Assembly (NCBI GenBank): GCA_964202905.1 | Contig: CAXNJO010000002.1 | Location: 512,001 to 576,000 of the forward strand | Length of the DNA stretch: 64,000 bases | Source of the DNA: Polyangiales bacterium | GTDB taxonomy: Bacteria; Myxococcota_A; Polyangia; Polyangiales; JADJQN01 | Direction: 5' to 3' | Shown here: one piece after another, positions 37,004 to 47,521 of the stretch | How the letters are laid out: each line of letters begins with the position of its first letter | How positions within the stretch are numbered: the stretch's first letter is position 1 | Made by a program: the position numbers and the translations under genes | Notes under the pieces: generated by a model | The model's database searches: none | Told to the model about the DNA's origin: nothing | Seen by the model: the letters and a program-made list of their open reading frames with translations, nothing else

Positions 37004-37549
37004 TCACTCCTTGCTTCCAGCGGTGCCGTGGGCGCCCGCGAGGTGCGGTGCCGAGGCCGGGGGCGCGGGGGTGCGCGTGGCGACGGCGTCGAGGATGCGG
37101 TCGAGTGACGCGAGGGTGAGATTCTCGTGCAACTCGTCGTTGAGCTGAATCATCGGCGCCTGGCCGCAGCCGGCGAGGCACTCGGCCTTCTTCAGGGAGA
37201 ACTTGCCGTCCTTGCTGACGCCGCCCACGTGGCAGCCGAGGCGCTCCTCGAGGTGCTCTTGGATGCGCTTGGCGCCCCGGATCTCGCAGGACAGCGTGCG
37301 ACAGACCCACACGACGTTCGGCGCGACAGGCTGTTGGTGGAACATCGTGTAGAACGTCACGACGCCTTGCACCTGGGCGGTGGTCAGGCCGAGCCGCTCA
37401 GCCGCGAACGCGATCACGTCCTCGCCGATCCAGCCGTTCTGCTCCTGACAGAGGTGCAGCAGCGGAATGCATGCGGCCCGACGTGTCGGGTAGCGGGTGA
37501 AGAGTTCGGCTGCGTGCTTCTCGCGGTCGGGGGTGAGCTGGAACGGCAT
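37004..37549 (-). CDS. nuoE: NADH-quinone oxidoreductase subunit E
   Basis: VVTFYTMF, VCRTLSC, ECLAGCGQAP. Confidence 0.95.
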   Translation of the reverse strand: MPFQLTPDREKHAAELFTRYPTRRAACIPLLHLCQEQNGWIGEDVIAFAAERLGLTTAQVQGVVTFYTMFHQQPVAPNVVWVCRTLSCEIRGAKRIQEHLEERLGCHVGGVSKDGKFSLKKAECLAGCGQAPMIQLNDELHENLTLASLDRILDAVATRTPAPPASAPHLAGAHGTAGSKE

Positions 37550-37916
37550 GGCGGTGTGCCCGCGTCACGCACGCCCGAGAACACGGATCGCTGAAAACAG
37601 GCGAAATCCGCGTTGTGGGGCGGGGCGGGCGGCGAGACGCTAGGCTGCGACCCGTCCGATGTCAAGCTCGAACGGGGCGGCGCGCGGCGCGTATCGCAGC
37701 GGGCGGCACGGGCTGCGGCGCACGGGTCGGGCGTACTCGGCGATGGCCACGGCGTGCGCGGTTTCCCGCTTCCCTCGGGGGGTCTTCTCCGCTACCTTCG
37801 CGCCGCCGTCCGCGCTTTGGGGGGAGTGGACCCGAGCCGGTCGTGCGAGTGCCGCAACCGTGCGAGTGCCGCAACGCAGGGGCAGTGTGCTCCCGTTCCG
37901 CGGCGGAGGAGATCTC

Positions 37917-38856
37917 GTGACCGTCTTCTGTCCGAACTGCGGAACCCCGAACACCGACGAAGCCACCGCCTGCGCGAAGTGCGGTACCGCGCTGAAGGCC
38001 GCCGGGCCGAAGGTCGCCCCCTCGAAGTTCAAGGGAACCATGATGATGTCGGGCGTGACCCCTCCGAAGCCGCAAGCGCCCGGGGCGGGCCTCCCGCCCC
38101 CCGCTGCCGCACCGCCTCCCGCGGCGGCCCCCGAGGCCAAGCAGAACCTCGCCTTCCAGGCGACGATGTTGGGCCCGATGACGCCGCCGCCGGGCTTTCC
38201 GGCAGCGGGACCCGCCCCCTTCCCTGCATCCGGCTTCGGCGCGGCGACGCCCTCCGGCGATGCCGGTTTTGGAGCGACGGCGCCCGCAGCGGACGCAGGC
38301 TTCGGCGCGCAGCCGCCCGCTGCAAGCGGCTTCGGCGCGCAGCCGCCCGCTGCAAGCGGCTTCGGCGCGCAGCCGCCCGCTGCAAGCGGCTTCGGCGCGC
38401 AGCCGCCCGCTGCGAGCCGGTGGGGGGTTCAGTCCGCCGCCTGCCGGTGGCGGTGGGGGGTTCGGCCCGCCGCCCGGCGGCGAGGGCGGCGGCGCGGCGC
38501 CTGCGCCCAAGAAGAACAACACGCTGAAGTACGTCGGCATCGGCTGCGGTGCACTGGTGCTGCTTTCATGCCTCTGCGGCGTCGGGCTCAATCTCTTCGG
38601 GAACTCCCTCGCGACGTATAGACAGTCCGCGCAGGAGGCCAGCGAGGTGGGCGCGGCGCCCGAAGCGGGTGGGACGTGCGCGCGCGCGAAGGCCTGCTGT
38701 GAGGCGATCTATTCGCAGCCCATGTTCCAGGGTCAGGGCGCGCAGGCGTGCGCAGCCGTCGACCAAGTGGCGGGCAGCGCGTGCACGGCGCAGCTCGATG
38801 CGTTCAAGCAGGCCGGCGCGAACCTGCCGGGCGGGCTGCCGGCAGCCTGCAACTGA
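37917..38856 (+). CDS. Zinc-ribbon / Pro-Gly repeat / single TM / Cys-rich protein, frameshifted at ~38418
   Basis: GGAGGA RBS + GTG; FCPNCG...CAKCG; a second frame continues PKKNNTLKYVGIGCG..TM..CARAKACC. Confidence 0.7.
38298..38417 (+). repeat. 30-bp tandem repeat x4 (GFGAQPPAAS)
   Basis: GGCTTCGGCGCGCAGCCGCCCGCTGCAAGC units. Confidence 0.95.
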
Positions 38857-39111
38857 ACGCGCCTCCACGCGGGGGACGCGTCGGCAGGAGGCATCCGAGG
38901 GGCCGCTGGCGCCCCCGGCGCCTCCCTCGAGTACGCGCGATGACGTGCGCCACGGCGGATGGCTGACCGGGAGGCGGTGGGTGGTTCGACCCTCCGCCTC
39001 CCGTTTTTTCAGGGTTCTGTTGGATGGAATCGGGGACGATACGCTCCCGTTCGAGGCGGGCGGGGCAGGCATGCGAAGCGCGCCGCGGCGCGCCGGAGAG
39101 GAACGACCACG

Positions 39112-39780
39112 ATGCAGGCGCAGCAGGGCACGACGAAGCAGGCGAGTGGGTTCGGGGCACCGCCCCCGGGCGGGGGCGGGTTTGGTTCACCCCCGGGGGG
39201 CGGCAGTTTCGGTCCGCCGCCGGGTGGAGGTGGGTTCGGCCCGCCGCCGGGCGGGGGTGGCTTCGGCCCGCCGCCGGGCGGGGGTGGCTTCGGCCCGCCG
39301 CCGGGTGGGCCCGGGCCGGGGGCTCCGCCTCCGAAGAAGAGCAACACCCTGATGTATGTCGGCATCGGCTGCGCAGCGCTGGTGTTTCTGAGCTGCGTGT
39401 GCGGGGGCGGTGTCTATTGGTTCGTGTCGTCGCGCGCGGAAGCGGGCCTCGAGTCGCTCCGCGACTATCAGGTGCCCGTCGATCCGGCTGCGGACCCGAG
39501 CAGCGACCCGATGTTGGGGTCCAAGCCTGACCAGCCGTTCGGCTCAGGCGTCGCGGAGCCCACCGCGGGCGGCGAGACCTGCGCCAAGATCGACCGCTGT
39601 TGCCCGGCCTTCTATGTGGCGCGCGGGCTTGGCGCCGACCAGGCGGCGTCGACGTGCGGCCAGATGGCCGCGGCACGCGCGCAGGCCGCGGGTCCGATGC
39701 TCGAGACGATCTGTGCGGCGCAGCTGCAAGCCTTCGCCTCGGCCGGCGGCGGCGTCCCGCTCCCGCCTGAGTGCCAGTGA
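39112..39780 (+). CDS. Paralog of the preceding gene: Gly/Pro repeats, TM, Cys-rich C-terminal domain
   Basis: GGGFGPPP repeats, PPKKSNTLMYVGIGCAAL, TCAKIDRCC...CAAQLQAF...LPPECQ. Confidence 0.75.
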   Translation: MQAQQGTTKQASGFGAPPPGGGGFGSPPGGGSFGPPPGGGGFGPPPGGGGFGPPPGGGGFGPPPGGPGPGAPPPKKSNTLMYVGIGCAALVFLSCVCGGGVYWFVSSRAEAGLESLRDYQVPVDPAADPSSDPMLGSKPDQPFGSGVAEPTAGGETCAKIDRCCPAFYVARGLGADQAASTCGQMAAARAQAAGPMLETICAAQLQAFASAGGGVPLPPECQ

Positions 39781-39983
39781 TGGCGGACACGCCCGCGGGC
39801 AGGCCCTCGGGACTGTCGCGGGCGGACGGCGGCGCGTCGGTGTGACCCGTCTCGCGCGCAGCGCGCCCCGCTTCGCCCACGGCGGATCGAGCTCGAGCGT
39901 CGCCACGAGTCCGCCACGAACGCTCCTCGAAAGCTCCCCGCGCGCGCCCGGTCGGCGCCGCGGGGGCCGGGTACCTCCGCAGC

Positions 39984-40781
39984 ATGGAGGTCCCGATGAA
40001 CACGACATTCTCCGAGCCGCAGCGGTTCCACGGCTGCGCCATACCCCTCGCATCCGCCCCGCCATCGACGAACGAGCCCGCCGGCCCGACCCTGCCGGCG
40101 TCCACGCAAACCGCGCACGGCGCTGATTGGGATGCAGCGGATCGCGACGCAGGTTCGGCCGCACACGCGCCGACCGCGGGCGACGAGACGGATGACCCAC
40201 GGGGGCTCGGCGGCCTTCTCCTCGCGCACGAGCCGCCGGCGCACATTCCATCTTGGCGGGCGGAGAGCCTGCGCTTTGGAAGTGGGCTGGGACTCTCCGC
40301 GGTCTACGGGCTCGCGCTCGGGTCACGCGACGGCGGAGCGTCCCTCGTCGGACACGCGCTTGGGACGCCCGCGGCGCTGCTGGCCGTCGGCGCCGTTGGC
40401 GTGCCGGCTTTCGCGATCGTGCTCGCGCTGATGAACGCCCCCGTCGATGGTGCGCGCCTCGCGGCGGTCACCGCGCGCGCCACGGCGGCGACGGGCCTCG
40501 TGCTCGCCGGGCTCGCGCCGGCGGCGCTCCTGTTCGCGCTCACGAGCAGCACGCGTGAGGCGGCCGCGGGCACCGCGCTGGTCGGGCTCGTGGTCGCCGG
40601 GGGCATCGGGATCGCCCAGCTGATCGGGGGACTGCGGCGCACACTCTCACGCGCGGACAGCGCGACGCGCCTGCTCGCGCTGCTGGCGTCGCTCGGTTTC
40701 GGGCTCTTCGCGGTCGCGCTGGCGGCGCGCGTCTGGTCCGCGACGCTGCCCGCGCTCGCGCGCGTCGGGGGTGCCTCGTGA
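39984..40781 (+). CDS. Multi-pass membrane hypothetical protein
   Basis: Several hydrophobic helices; coupled to the next gene. Confidence 0.7.
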   Translation: MEVPMNTTFSEPQRFHGCAIPLASAPPSTNEPAGPTLPASTQTAHGADWDAADRDAGSAAHAPTAGDETDDPRGLGGLLLAHEPPAHIPSWRAESLRFGSGLGLSAVYGLALGSRDGGASLVGHALGTPAALLAVGAVGVPAFAIVLALMNAPVDGARLAAVTARATAATGLVLAGLAPAALLFALTSSTREAAAGTALVGLVVAGGIGIAQLIGGLRRTLSRADSATRLLALLASLGFGLFAVALAARVWSATLPALARVGGAS

Positions 40782-41620
40782 GCGCGGGCGGACAGGCGGC
40801 CTCGCGGGGCGTCGCGGGGTCTGCGAGCGCGACGCGGCGCGACGCACAGACCGAGATGGCGATCGCGGCTGAGATCGCGCTCCTGCTCCGCGATCCGCAG
40901 CGCGTAGCGGCGCGCTGTCGACGGGAGGACACGCTGCCCTCGCTCGCGGCCGCATCGCTGCTCGCGACCCTCGCGGGCGCGGCGGTGTTCGGCGGCGTAC
41001 TCGGCTCGTTCCGCGGGGGATGGCAGATCGCGACAGGCGCCGCGAAGGTCCCGCTCGCCCTCGTCGCGACGCTCGCGGTGACCGTTCCGGCCTTCTACGC
41101 GCTCGCGGCGGCGCTCGGTCGGGCGTGGACGATGCGCACCGCGATCGCGGTCACGCTCGGGGCTGCGGGGCGCGCCTCGCTGGTGCTGCTCGCCGCCGCG
41201 CCGGTGTTGTGGCTCGCGATGTCGTCGGGACTCTCGTACCACGCAGCGACGGTGGCCGCGGCCGCCGCGTACGGGCTCGCCGGGCTGGCCGCGCTCGGCG
41301 TGCTGCTGCGCGCGCTCGAGGGCCGCGCGCACGGCGTGCCGACGGCGCTCGCGTTCATCGCGGTGTTCGCCGCGGTCGGTGGCCAGACGGCGTGGACCCT
41401 CCGCCCCTATCTCGGCAGGCCGAGCCATTCGCGCGTACCGCTGCTGCGGGCCAACGAGGGCTCCTTCGCCGACGCGGTCGTGACGAGCCTGCGCTCGTCC
41501 GCGGGGATCTACGCGCACGCGGCGGACGCGTGGGACGAGACGGAAAGCCATGTCCGCGCGGCGAACCCTGCGCCGCGACGTGCACGCCGTGGAGACGCCG
41601 CGGGCGGGGGTCGACGGTGA
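40778..41620 (+). CDS. Multi-pass membrane hypothetical protein
   Basis: KVPL...PAFY, GQTAWTLRPYLGRP motif, ~5 TM. Confidence 0.75.
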   Translation: MSAGGQAASRGVAGSASATRRDAQTEMAIAAEIALLLRDPQRVAARCRREDTLPSLAAASLLATLAGAAVFGGVLGSFRGGWQIATGAAKVPLALVATLAVTVPAFYALAAALGRAWTMRTAIAVTLGAAGRASLVLLAAAPVLWLAMSSGLSYHAATVAAAAAYGLAGLAALGVLLRALEGRAHGVPTALAFIAVFAAVGGQTAWTLRPYLGRPSHSRVPLLRANEGSFADAVVTSLRSSAGIYAHAADAWDETESHVRAANPAPRRARRGDAAGGGRR

Positions 41621-42321
41621 GGCTGCTCGACGTCGCGTGGCTCTACCTGCTCGTCGGGCTCGCGTGCGGGCTCGCGGTCGTCGTGCGGCGCGGGCGGCGG
41701 GATGCCCAGACGCTGGCCACCGCTGCGCTCACGGCGCTGATCTGGCCGCTCTGGGCGCCCTTCGCGCTCGACGATCCGCGCCTCGGCGCATCGCGGGGCG
41801 CGCGCGGCGCGGGCACGTCGGTGTTGCCCGATCCGCGCATCACCGACGCTGCGCAGCGGATCGACGCCGCACTGCGCGAGGCCGTCGAATCGGCGCGCGA
41901 GGGCGCGCTCGCGTCGGTGCTCCCCGGCGCGGCGGCGGAGCGCATCCTCGCGGAGGTCGCGCGCGTCGCGGGACGGCACGCGGCGCTGGCGTCGATCCTG
42001 CGCACGCCGGAGCACGACCCCGTCCGCGCGGAGGCGCGCGTCGGCGAGCTCGAAGCACGCGGCGACAACCCGCGCGCGGTCGCGACGGCGCGCCTCCACG
42101 CCGAGAACGTGCAGCGCCTCGCGCGCCTCCGGGACCGCGATCTGCGCGCGCTGGAGGAGCTCGCCGAGCTCACCGCCGCGCTGCGCACCCAGCTCCTGCT
42201 CGCGCGCTTCGCGGGCACGGCGGTCGAGGGAGCGTCTGATATCGTCGGCGAGGTGTGGGCGCGCGTGGAGGGGCTCGGTGAGGCCCTCGACGCGACCGGC
42301 ACGACGGATCGGCACACATGA
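41617..42321 (+). CDS. Membrane-anchored coiled-coil hypothetical protein
   Basis: GTGA-coupled start; two N-terminal TM helices (…WPLWAPF) then a helical domain. Confidence 0.7.
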   Translation: MRLLDVAWLYLLVGLACGLAVVVRRGRRDAQTLATAALTALIWPLWAPFALDDPRLGASRGARGAGTSVLPDPRITDAAQRIDAALREAVESAREGALASVLPGAAAERILAEVARVAGRHAALASILRTPEHDPVRAEARVGELEARGDNPRAVATARLHAENVQRLARLRDRDLRALEELAELTAALRTQLLLARFAGTAVEGASDIVGEVWARVEGLGEALDATGTTDRHT

Positions 42322-42334
42322 CCACGGAGCCCCG

Positions 42335-43033
42335 ATGACCCGCGCCCGCACGGTGCTCGTCGCCGACGACGAGCAGCACATCCGCGACGTCGTCCAATAC
42401 GCGCTCGAGCGCGAGGGCTTCGGCGTCGCGCTCGCAGAGGACGGCGCGGCGGCCCTCGCCCGGCACGCGCGTGGCGGCATCGACGCGGTCGTGCTCGACG
42501 TCTCGATGCCCGGCATGGACGGCCTCGAAGCGTGCCGTCGCCTCCGCGCGCAAGGCCGCACGCCGATCCTTTTCCTCTCGGCGCGCGGCGACGAGCTCGA
42601 CCGCGTGCTCGGCCTCGAGCTCGGTGGGGACGACTACCTCGTGAAGCCCTTCTCGCCACGCGAGCTCGTCGCGCGGCTGCGCGCGGTGCTGCGGCGCGCG
42701 GATTCGCAGGGCGATGCAGCGAGCGTGAGCGACGCCGTGCGCACGCTGCGGCACGGCGTGATCGCCCTCGACGTCGAGCGCCACGAAGTGCGCGCGGGCG
42801 CAGCGGCGATCGCGCTCACCGCCACCGAACTCGGCGTGCTCGCGGCGCTCCTCGAGCGCCCCGGCGTGGTGCTCTCGCGGACGCAACTGATGCAGCGCGC
42901 GTATGCGTGGGACAACCTCGTCACCGAGCGGACCATCGACACCCACGTGAAGCGGATCCGCGCGAAGTTCCGCGAGGCCGCGGGCGTCGACCCCATCGCG
43001 ACGGTGCACGGCGTCGGCTACAAGGCCTGCTGA
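42335..43033 (+). CDS. OmpR-family response regulator
   Basis: VADDE, LDVSMPGMDG, DDYLVKPFSPREL, RTIDTHVKRIR, TVHGVGY. Confidence 0.95.
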   Translation: MTRARTVLVADDEQHIRDVVQYALEREGFGVALAEDGAAALARHARGGIDAVVLDVSMPGMDGLEACRRLRAQGRTPILFLSARGDELDRVLGLELGGDDYLVKPFSPRELVARLRAVLRRADSQGDAASVSDAVRTLRHGVIALDVERHEVRAGAAAIALTATELGVLAALLERPGVVLSRTQLMQRAYAWDNLVTERTIDTHVKRIRAKFREAAGVDPIATVHGVGYKAC

Positions 43034-44589
43034 TGCCCGTTGGCCTCGCGCGCGCGCTCGGGCGCCTCCGCGTGCGGCTGCTCGCGGTGAACCTCGTGGT
43101 GCTGCTCGTCCCGGTCGCGGGGCTCGAGTTCGCGCGTGTCTACGAGCGGCAGCTGCTCGGCGCGCTCGAGCGCGACATGCGCAACCAGGCCGTGCTCGTG
43201 CGCGCACTGCTCAGCGACCGCGCAGAACGCGGCGAGCCCCTCGACGCCGCGCGGCTCGAGGCGATGCTCGCGCGTGCGGCGACACGCACCCGCACACGCA
43301 TCCGCGTGCTCGACGCGCGCGGCGACGTGCGGCTCGACTCGCACGCGAACGGCCCGCCCGAGGGCCCCGAGCCGCCGCCCCCCAGCGTGCTGCACACGTC
43401 GATCAGCGACGCGTCCAGGCGCGCGTACGGGGCGACGCGCGGCGCGGACGTGGGGCCGTGGCGCAGCGACGCGACGGAGAGTTGGCCCGCCCTCGCCGCG
43501 CGCGGCGAAGTCCGGGACGCGCTCGCCGGACGACCGAGCGCACGCACCCGCATCCGGCGCGCGCCCGCCGGCGTCTTCCTGTTCGTCACCGAGCCCGCGC
43601 GGCTCGTGCTCGGCCCGCCGCCCGCTGCCGCGACGCGCGGCGCGGTGTACGTCGTGCGCTCGACGCAGCCCGTGCTCGTCGAGCTGTACCGCATCCGCGC
43701 CGGCCTGCGCGGCGTGCTGCTCGTCGCGCTCGTGCTCACCGCGCTTCTGACGCTCGCGCTCGCGTGGACGATCTCGCGCCCCCTCGCGCGGCTCGCACGC
43801 GCCGCGAAGCGCATCGCCGCGGGAGAGCGCGACATCGCGGTGCCCGTGGGCGGCGGCGGCGAGATCCGCGACCTCGGTGACGCCGTCGCGCAGATGAAGC
43901 AGCGCCTCGAGGACCGGCTTCGCTACATCGAGGGCTTCGCGGCCGACGTCGCGCACGAGTTCAAGTCGCCGCTCACCGCGATCCGCGGCGCGGCGGAGCT
44001 CCTCGACGAGGGGGCCGCGGACGATCCGGCCGCGCGGCGGCGCTTCCTGCAGAACATCGGGCACGACGTGGAGAGGCTCGATCGGCTCGTCTCGCGGCTG
44101 CTCGAGCTCTCGCGGCTCGAGGCGTCGCAGGAGCCGCCCGCCCTGGTGGACGTCGAGGCCGTGGTGCGGCGCGCGGCGGCGCGCGCGGAGACGCCCGACG
44201 TGCCCATGCACGTCGCGTGGCACGCGCGTGACGCTCGGCTGCGGGCGCGCGAGGTGGACCTCGAGACCGCGCTCTTCAATCTCTTCGACAACGCGGTGCG
44301 GTTCTCCCCGGCGGGCGTCGGGGTCCGCGTCACGGCGCAGGGCGCGGCGGGGGGCGCGCTCGAGATCGTGATCGAAGACCGCGGCCCCGGCATCGCCCCC
44401 GAGAACCTCACGCGCATCTTCGACCGCTTCTTCACGACCGATCGCGCGCGCCAGGGCACGGGCCTCGGCCTCGCCATCGTGCAGAGCGTCATCCGCGCGC
44501 ACGGCGGGAACGTGACGGCGACGAGCGCGCACGGACACGGCGCGTGCTTCCGCGTTCGACTCCCCGGCCTGCGCGCGGGACGGGGCTGA
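43033..44589 (+). CDS. HAMP sensor histidine kinase (CreC/ChvG-like)
   Basis: Two TM, HAMP, DVAHEFKSPL, NLFDNAVRF, DRGPG, GTGLGL. Confidence 0.93.
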   Translation: MPVGLARALGRLRVRLLAVNLVVLLVPVAGLEFARVYERQLLGALERDMRNQAVLVRALLSDRAERGEPLDAARLEAMLARAATRTRTRIRVLDARGDVRLDSHANGPPEGPEPPPPSVLHTSISDASRRAYGATRGADVGPWRSDATESWPALAARGEVRDALAGRPSARTRIRRAPAGVFLFVTEPARLVLGPPPAAATRGAVYVVRSTQPVLVELYRIRAGLRGVLLVALVLTALLTLALAWTISRPLARLARAAKRIAAGERDIAVPVGGGGEIRDLGDAVAQMKQRLEDRLRYIEGFAADVAHEFKSPLTAIRGAAELLDEGAADDPAARRRFLQNIGHDVERLDRLVSRLLELSRLEASQEPPALVDVEAVVRRAAARAETPDVPMHVAWHARDARLRAREVDLETALFNLFDNAVRFSPAGVGVRVTAQGAAGGALEIVIEDRGPGIAPENLTRIFDRFFTTDRARQGTGLGLAIVQSVIRAHGGNVTATSAHGHGACFRVRLPGLRAGRG

Positions 44590-44617
44590 GCGCCGGCCCC
44601 TTGAACTCAGCGGCGAC

Positions 44618-45378
44618 GTGGCAACGCCTGCCGTCGATGCCGGCGATGCCGACGCAGGCGTCTCGGACTCGGGTTCTGCGGACCTCGGAGGCGCGGACAT
44701 CGGGATACCCGATCTCGGAGAATACGATTCTGGCGTCCCCAATCTTGGAGAACCGGAGTTGGGATCGACGAATTTGGCTGCTCTCGACTCTGGTCCCGCG
44801 GACCTCTGCCCCAACGATCTCGGAACACCCGATCTCGGAACACCCGATCTCGGAACACCCGATCTCGGAACACCCGATTTCGGCACCGACGCCGGGCCAG
44901 CCCGGCCCGTCCTGCGTGCGCCGCGTCGCCTGAGCGCCGCCTACCACTTGCTCGCCATCCGCCCGACGGGGTGGCTCGAGGCCTGGGGCGACAACCGCGC
45001 GGTGGCGACACCGACCGGACGACGGCCTCGACCGGCAGCCTCGACGCGTGCGCGGCGCACAACGGCGGCGTGCACCGCTGGGGTGACGGCGAGGGCGCGA
45101 GCCCGGCGCGCGTCGGCGCGGGCAGCGATTGGTGGCATGTCACCGCCGCGCGGCACCACGCGTCCGGTCTCCGCGGCGCGCTCGGGGACGGCACGTTCAC
45201 CGACCGCACGACACCGACCCGCGTCGGCGGCGACAGCGACTGGACGGCGCTCGCGGTGGGCTTCGAGCAGACCTGCGGGCTCCGCGCGGGCGGCACGCTG
45301 CACTGCTGGGGCGACGCCGAGGGCCTGACGCTCGGCGACGGCGGCGCAGTCGCCACGCTCCCGCGGAGCGTCGACTGA
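44618..45378 (+). pseudogene. Decayed RCC1-repeat protein with PDLG linker repeats
   Basis: No signal peptide; frameshift near 45000; WGDN, TDRTTPTRVGGDSDWTALAVG..TCGL..GTLHCWG repeats. Confidence 0.7.
44815..44887 (+). repeat. 15-bp tandem repeat x4 plus a degenerate copy (PDLGT)
   Basis: CGATCTCGGAACACC units. Confidence 0.95.
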
Positions 45379-45439
45379 GAACGAGCAGGTATCCCGCGTG
45401 GGGCGTCTTCGGTATACTCGCGGGGTTCCCGGAGGACCG

Positions 45440-46885
45440 ATGCGCGCCCGTCTCGTCATGGCCTTGTTCGTCCTGTCCCTCGCGAGCCTCAGCGGGTGCA
45501 GCTGCAGCGCGCCTGCGGGGATGACCCGCCGCGATGGCGGCGCGGCGGGCGGCGACGCCGCACCCGAGATCGACGCCTCACCAGACGTCGATGGCGCGCG
45601 CCCGCCTGTCCCCGACGCGGACGGGCCGGTCGACCTCGGCTTCGACGCGCGCATCGACCGCACGGCGTTCTGCATGGGCATGGGACCGCCCGTGCTCGTC
45701 GGCGACGCGGTCACCGGCACGACCACGTGCGCGGGCGCGATCGCGACGCGCGTGTTCAACAACGCGGTCTGCTCGTGCGCGAACACCAACGTCGTCGGGT
45801 ATCTGCGCACGCGTTCGTTCGATTCGGGCATGGGGACGGGAGAGACGGAGTCGGGCGCGCCCGTCGGCGTGAACCGCGACTACCTCACTGGCGGCTACGC
45901 GGACATCGGCGGCAGCTTCGTCGTCGGGGGCGCGAGCGGCGTGACCTTCGGCGGCTACCTGAAAGTCGGCGGCGACGCGCGCTTCGCGGGGAGCATCACC
46001 GCGCTCGGCTACATCAACGTCGCGCGCGATCTCTGGGTGCTCGGCAACGTCACGATCCCCGCGCTCACCGTCGGGCGCGATCTGCACCAGCCTTCGGGCG
46101 GCCTCGTGCTCGCGTTCTCCGATGTCGGCGGCGACACGATCCGCACGCCCTTCACCGTCGAGGCCCCGTGCGCCTGCGACCCGGATGAGCTGATCGACGT
46201 GGCGGCGATCGTCGCCGACGGCCGGGCCAACAACGACAACGACGACATCGGGCTCTCCACCTCACGGCTCACGAACGTCGTCGGGATCGGCGTCGACATC
46301 GCGCTGCCGTGCGGCCGCTTCTACGTCGACGACATCGGTGGACTCGGCTCGATCACCCTGCGCGTCCCCGGCCGGACGGCGCTCTTCGTCGGCGGCGACG
46401 TCAACGCGCTCGGCGTCTTCGACGTCGACCTCGGCCCCGAGGGCGAGCTCGACCTCTTCATCGCAGGCAACCTCGTCTCGATCGGCGCGGGCTCGTACGG
46501 CGATCGCGCGCGGCCGGCGCGCACGCGCATCTACGTGGGCGGCGGCAGCGACGTCACCGTCGTCGGCGCGTCGGGCTTCGTCGGCAACGTGTACGCACCC
46601 TACGCGCGCGTCACGGCGCTCGGCGCGACCACCGTCTACGGCTCGCTCTTCGGCCGGCAGATCGACATGCCCGGCTACCTCGACGTCCGCTACGACCGCG
46701 CGATCCTCGACGTGGCCGAGGACTGCCCGCCCCCGCCTGGCGGCTGCGAGATGTGCGGGGGTGATGTGTGTCCCGATCGGCGCGCCTGCATCGGCGGCGC
46801 CTGCGCCGCATGCACGGCGGACAGCGACTGCTGCGCGCCGCTCGTCTGCTACCCCGACGGGACCTGCGGGTCGCTCCTGATCTGA
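45440..46885 (+). CDS. Lipoprotein with beta-rich domain and Cys-rich C-terminus
   Basis: GGAGG RBS; lipobox LSGC; FVGNVYAPYA..VYGSLF; C-terminal Cys cluster. Confidence 0.8.
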   Translation: MRARLVMALFVLSLASLSGCSCSAPAGMTRRDGGAAGGDAAPEIDASPDVDGARPPVPDADGPVDLGFDARIDRTAFCMGMGPPVLVGDAVTGTTTCAGAIATRVFNNAVCSCANTNVVGYLRTRSFDSGMGTGETESGAPVGVNRDYLTGGYADIGGSFVVGGASGVTFGGYLKVGGDARFAGSITALGYINVARDLWVLGNVTIPALTVGRDLHQPSGGLVLAFSDVGGDTIRTPFTVEAPCACDPDELIDVAAIVADGRANNDNDDIGLSTSRLTNVVGIGVDIALPCGRFYVDDIGGLGSITLRVPGRTALFVGGDVNALGVFDVDLGPEGELDLFIAGNLVSIGAGSYGDRARPARTRIYVGGGSDVTVVGASGFVGNVYAPYARVTALGATTVYGSLFGRQIDMPGYLDVRYDRAILDVAEDCPPPPGGCEMCGGDVCPDRRACIGGACAACTADSDCCAPLVCYPDGTCGSLLI

Positions 46886-46972
46886 CGGGCGCGGCGGGGC
46901 CGAGGGGCGCTGTCGGGCGCCTTTCGATCGGGACACCGCCGCGACCTCCGCCGCGCAGACGGCCTGCCGACC

Positions 46973-47521
46973 TCACTCCGGGGCGAGCAGGTACGCGACG
47001 ACGACCCTCACCATCGCGCCGTCCTCGATGGCGGCCTCGTGCGCGACGAGCACGCAGGGGCGCTCCCTGCCGCTCGTCCCGACCGGCCCGCGCGGGGGGA
47101 GCGCCGCGAGCGCGACCTCGATGGCGCCTAGCTCCGCGTGCCGCATCGGCACCCAACGCGCGGCGGGCCACGCCGGCGACGGCTCGTGCATCGCCAGGGT
47201 GCGCGCGTGCGGCCCGCGCCGCTCGATCCACGCGCTCCCGACCGCGTCCTGCTCACGGAGCGGCGCGAAGGCCGCCTCGCGGAACGCGCGGTCGTCGCGG
47301 AACGCCGGATCACCGAGCGCCGCGCGCCGCGCCCACGCGTCGAACTCGACGAACGCCGCGAGGTGCAGCGCCGCGCTCGCCTTCACGTCGGCCGCCGCGG
47401 GGCCGCGCGCACCGCAGGCCGCGACGACGAGCGCGAAGCCCATCAGCGCCAATGCCCCCGGCGCGCGGCGCGCGGCGCGCTCGCGATCCAGTGACGCGCG
47501 CGACGCGAGGCACGGCCTCAC
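46973..47521 (-). CDS. Hypothetical lipoprotein
   Basis: GTGA-coupled start; lipobox-like VAAC. Confidence 0.55.
   Translation of the reverse strand: MRPCLASRASLDRERAARRAPGALALMGFALVVAACGARGPAAADVKASAALHLAAFVEFDAWARRAALGDPAFRDDRAFREAAFAPLREQDAVGSAWIERRGPHARTLAMHEPSPAWPAARWVPMRHAELGAIEVALAALPPRGPVGTSGRERPCVLVAHEAAIEDGAMVRVVVAYLLAPE

Noticed and set aside
38298..38417. 30-bp repeats as CRISPR or DGR repeats
   Set aside because: Contiguous coding repeats without spacers; no reverse transcriptase nearby.
44815..44887. 15-bp repeats as a CRISPR array
   Set aside because: Head-to-tail with no spacers, in-frame PDLGT linker, and no cas genes in the window.
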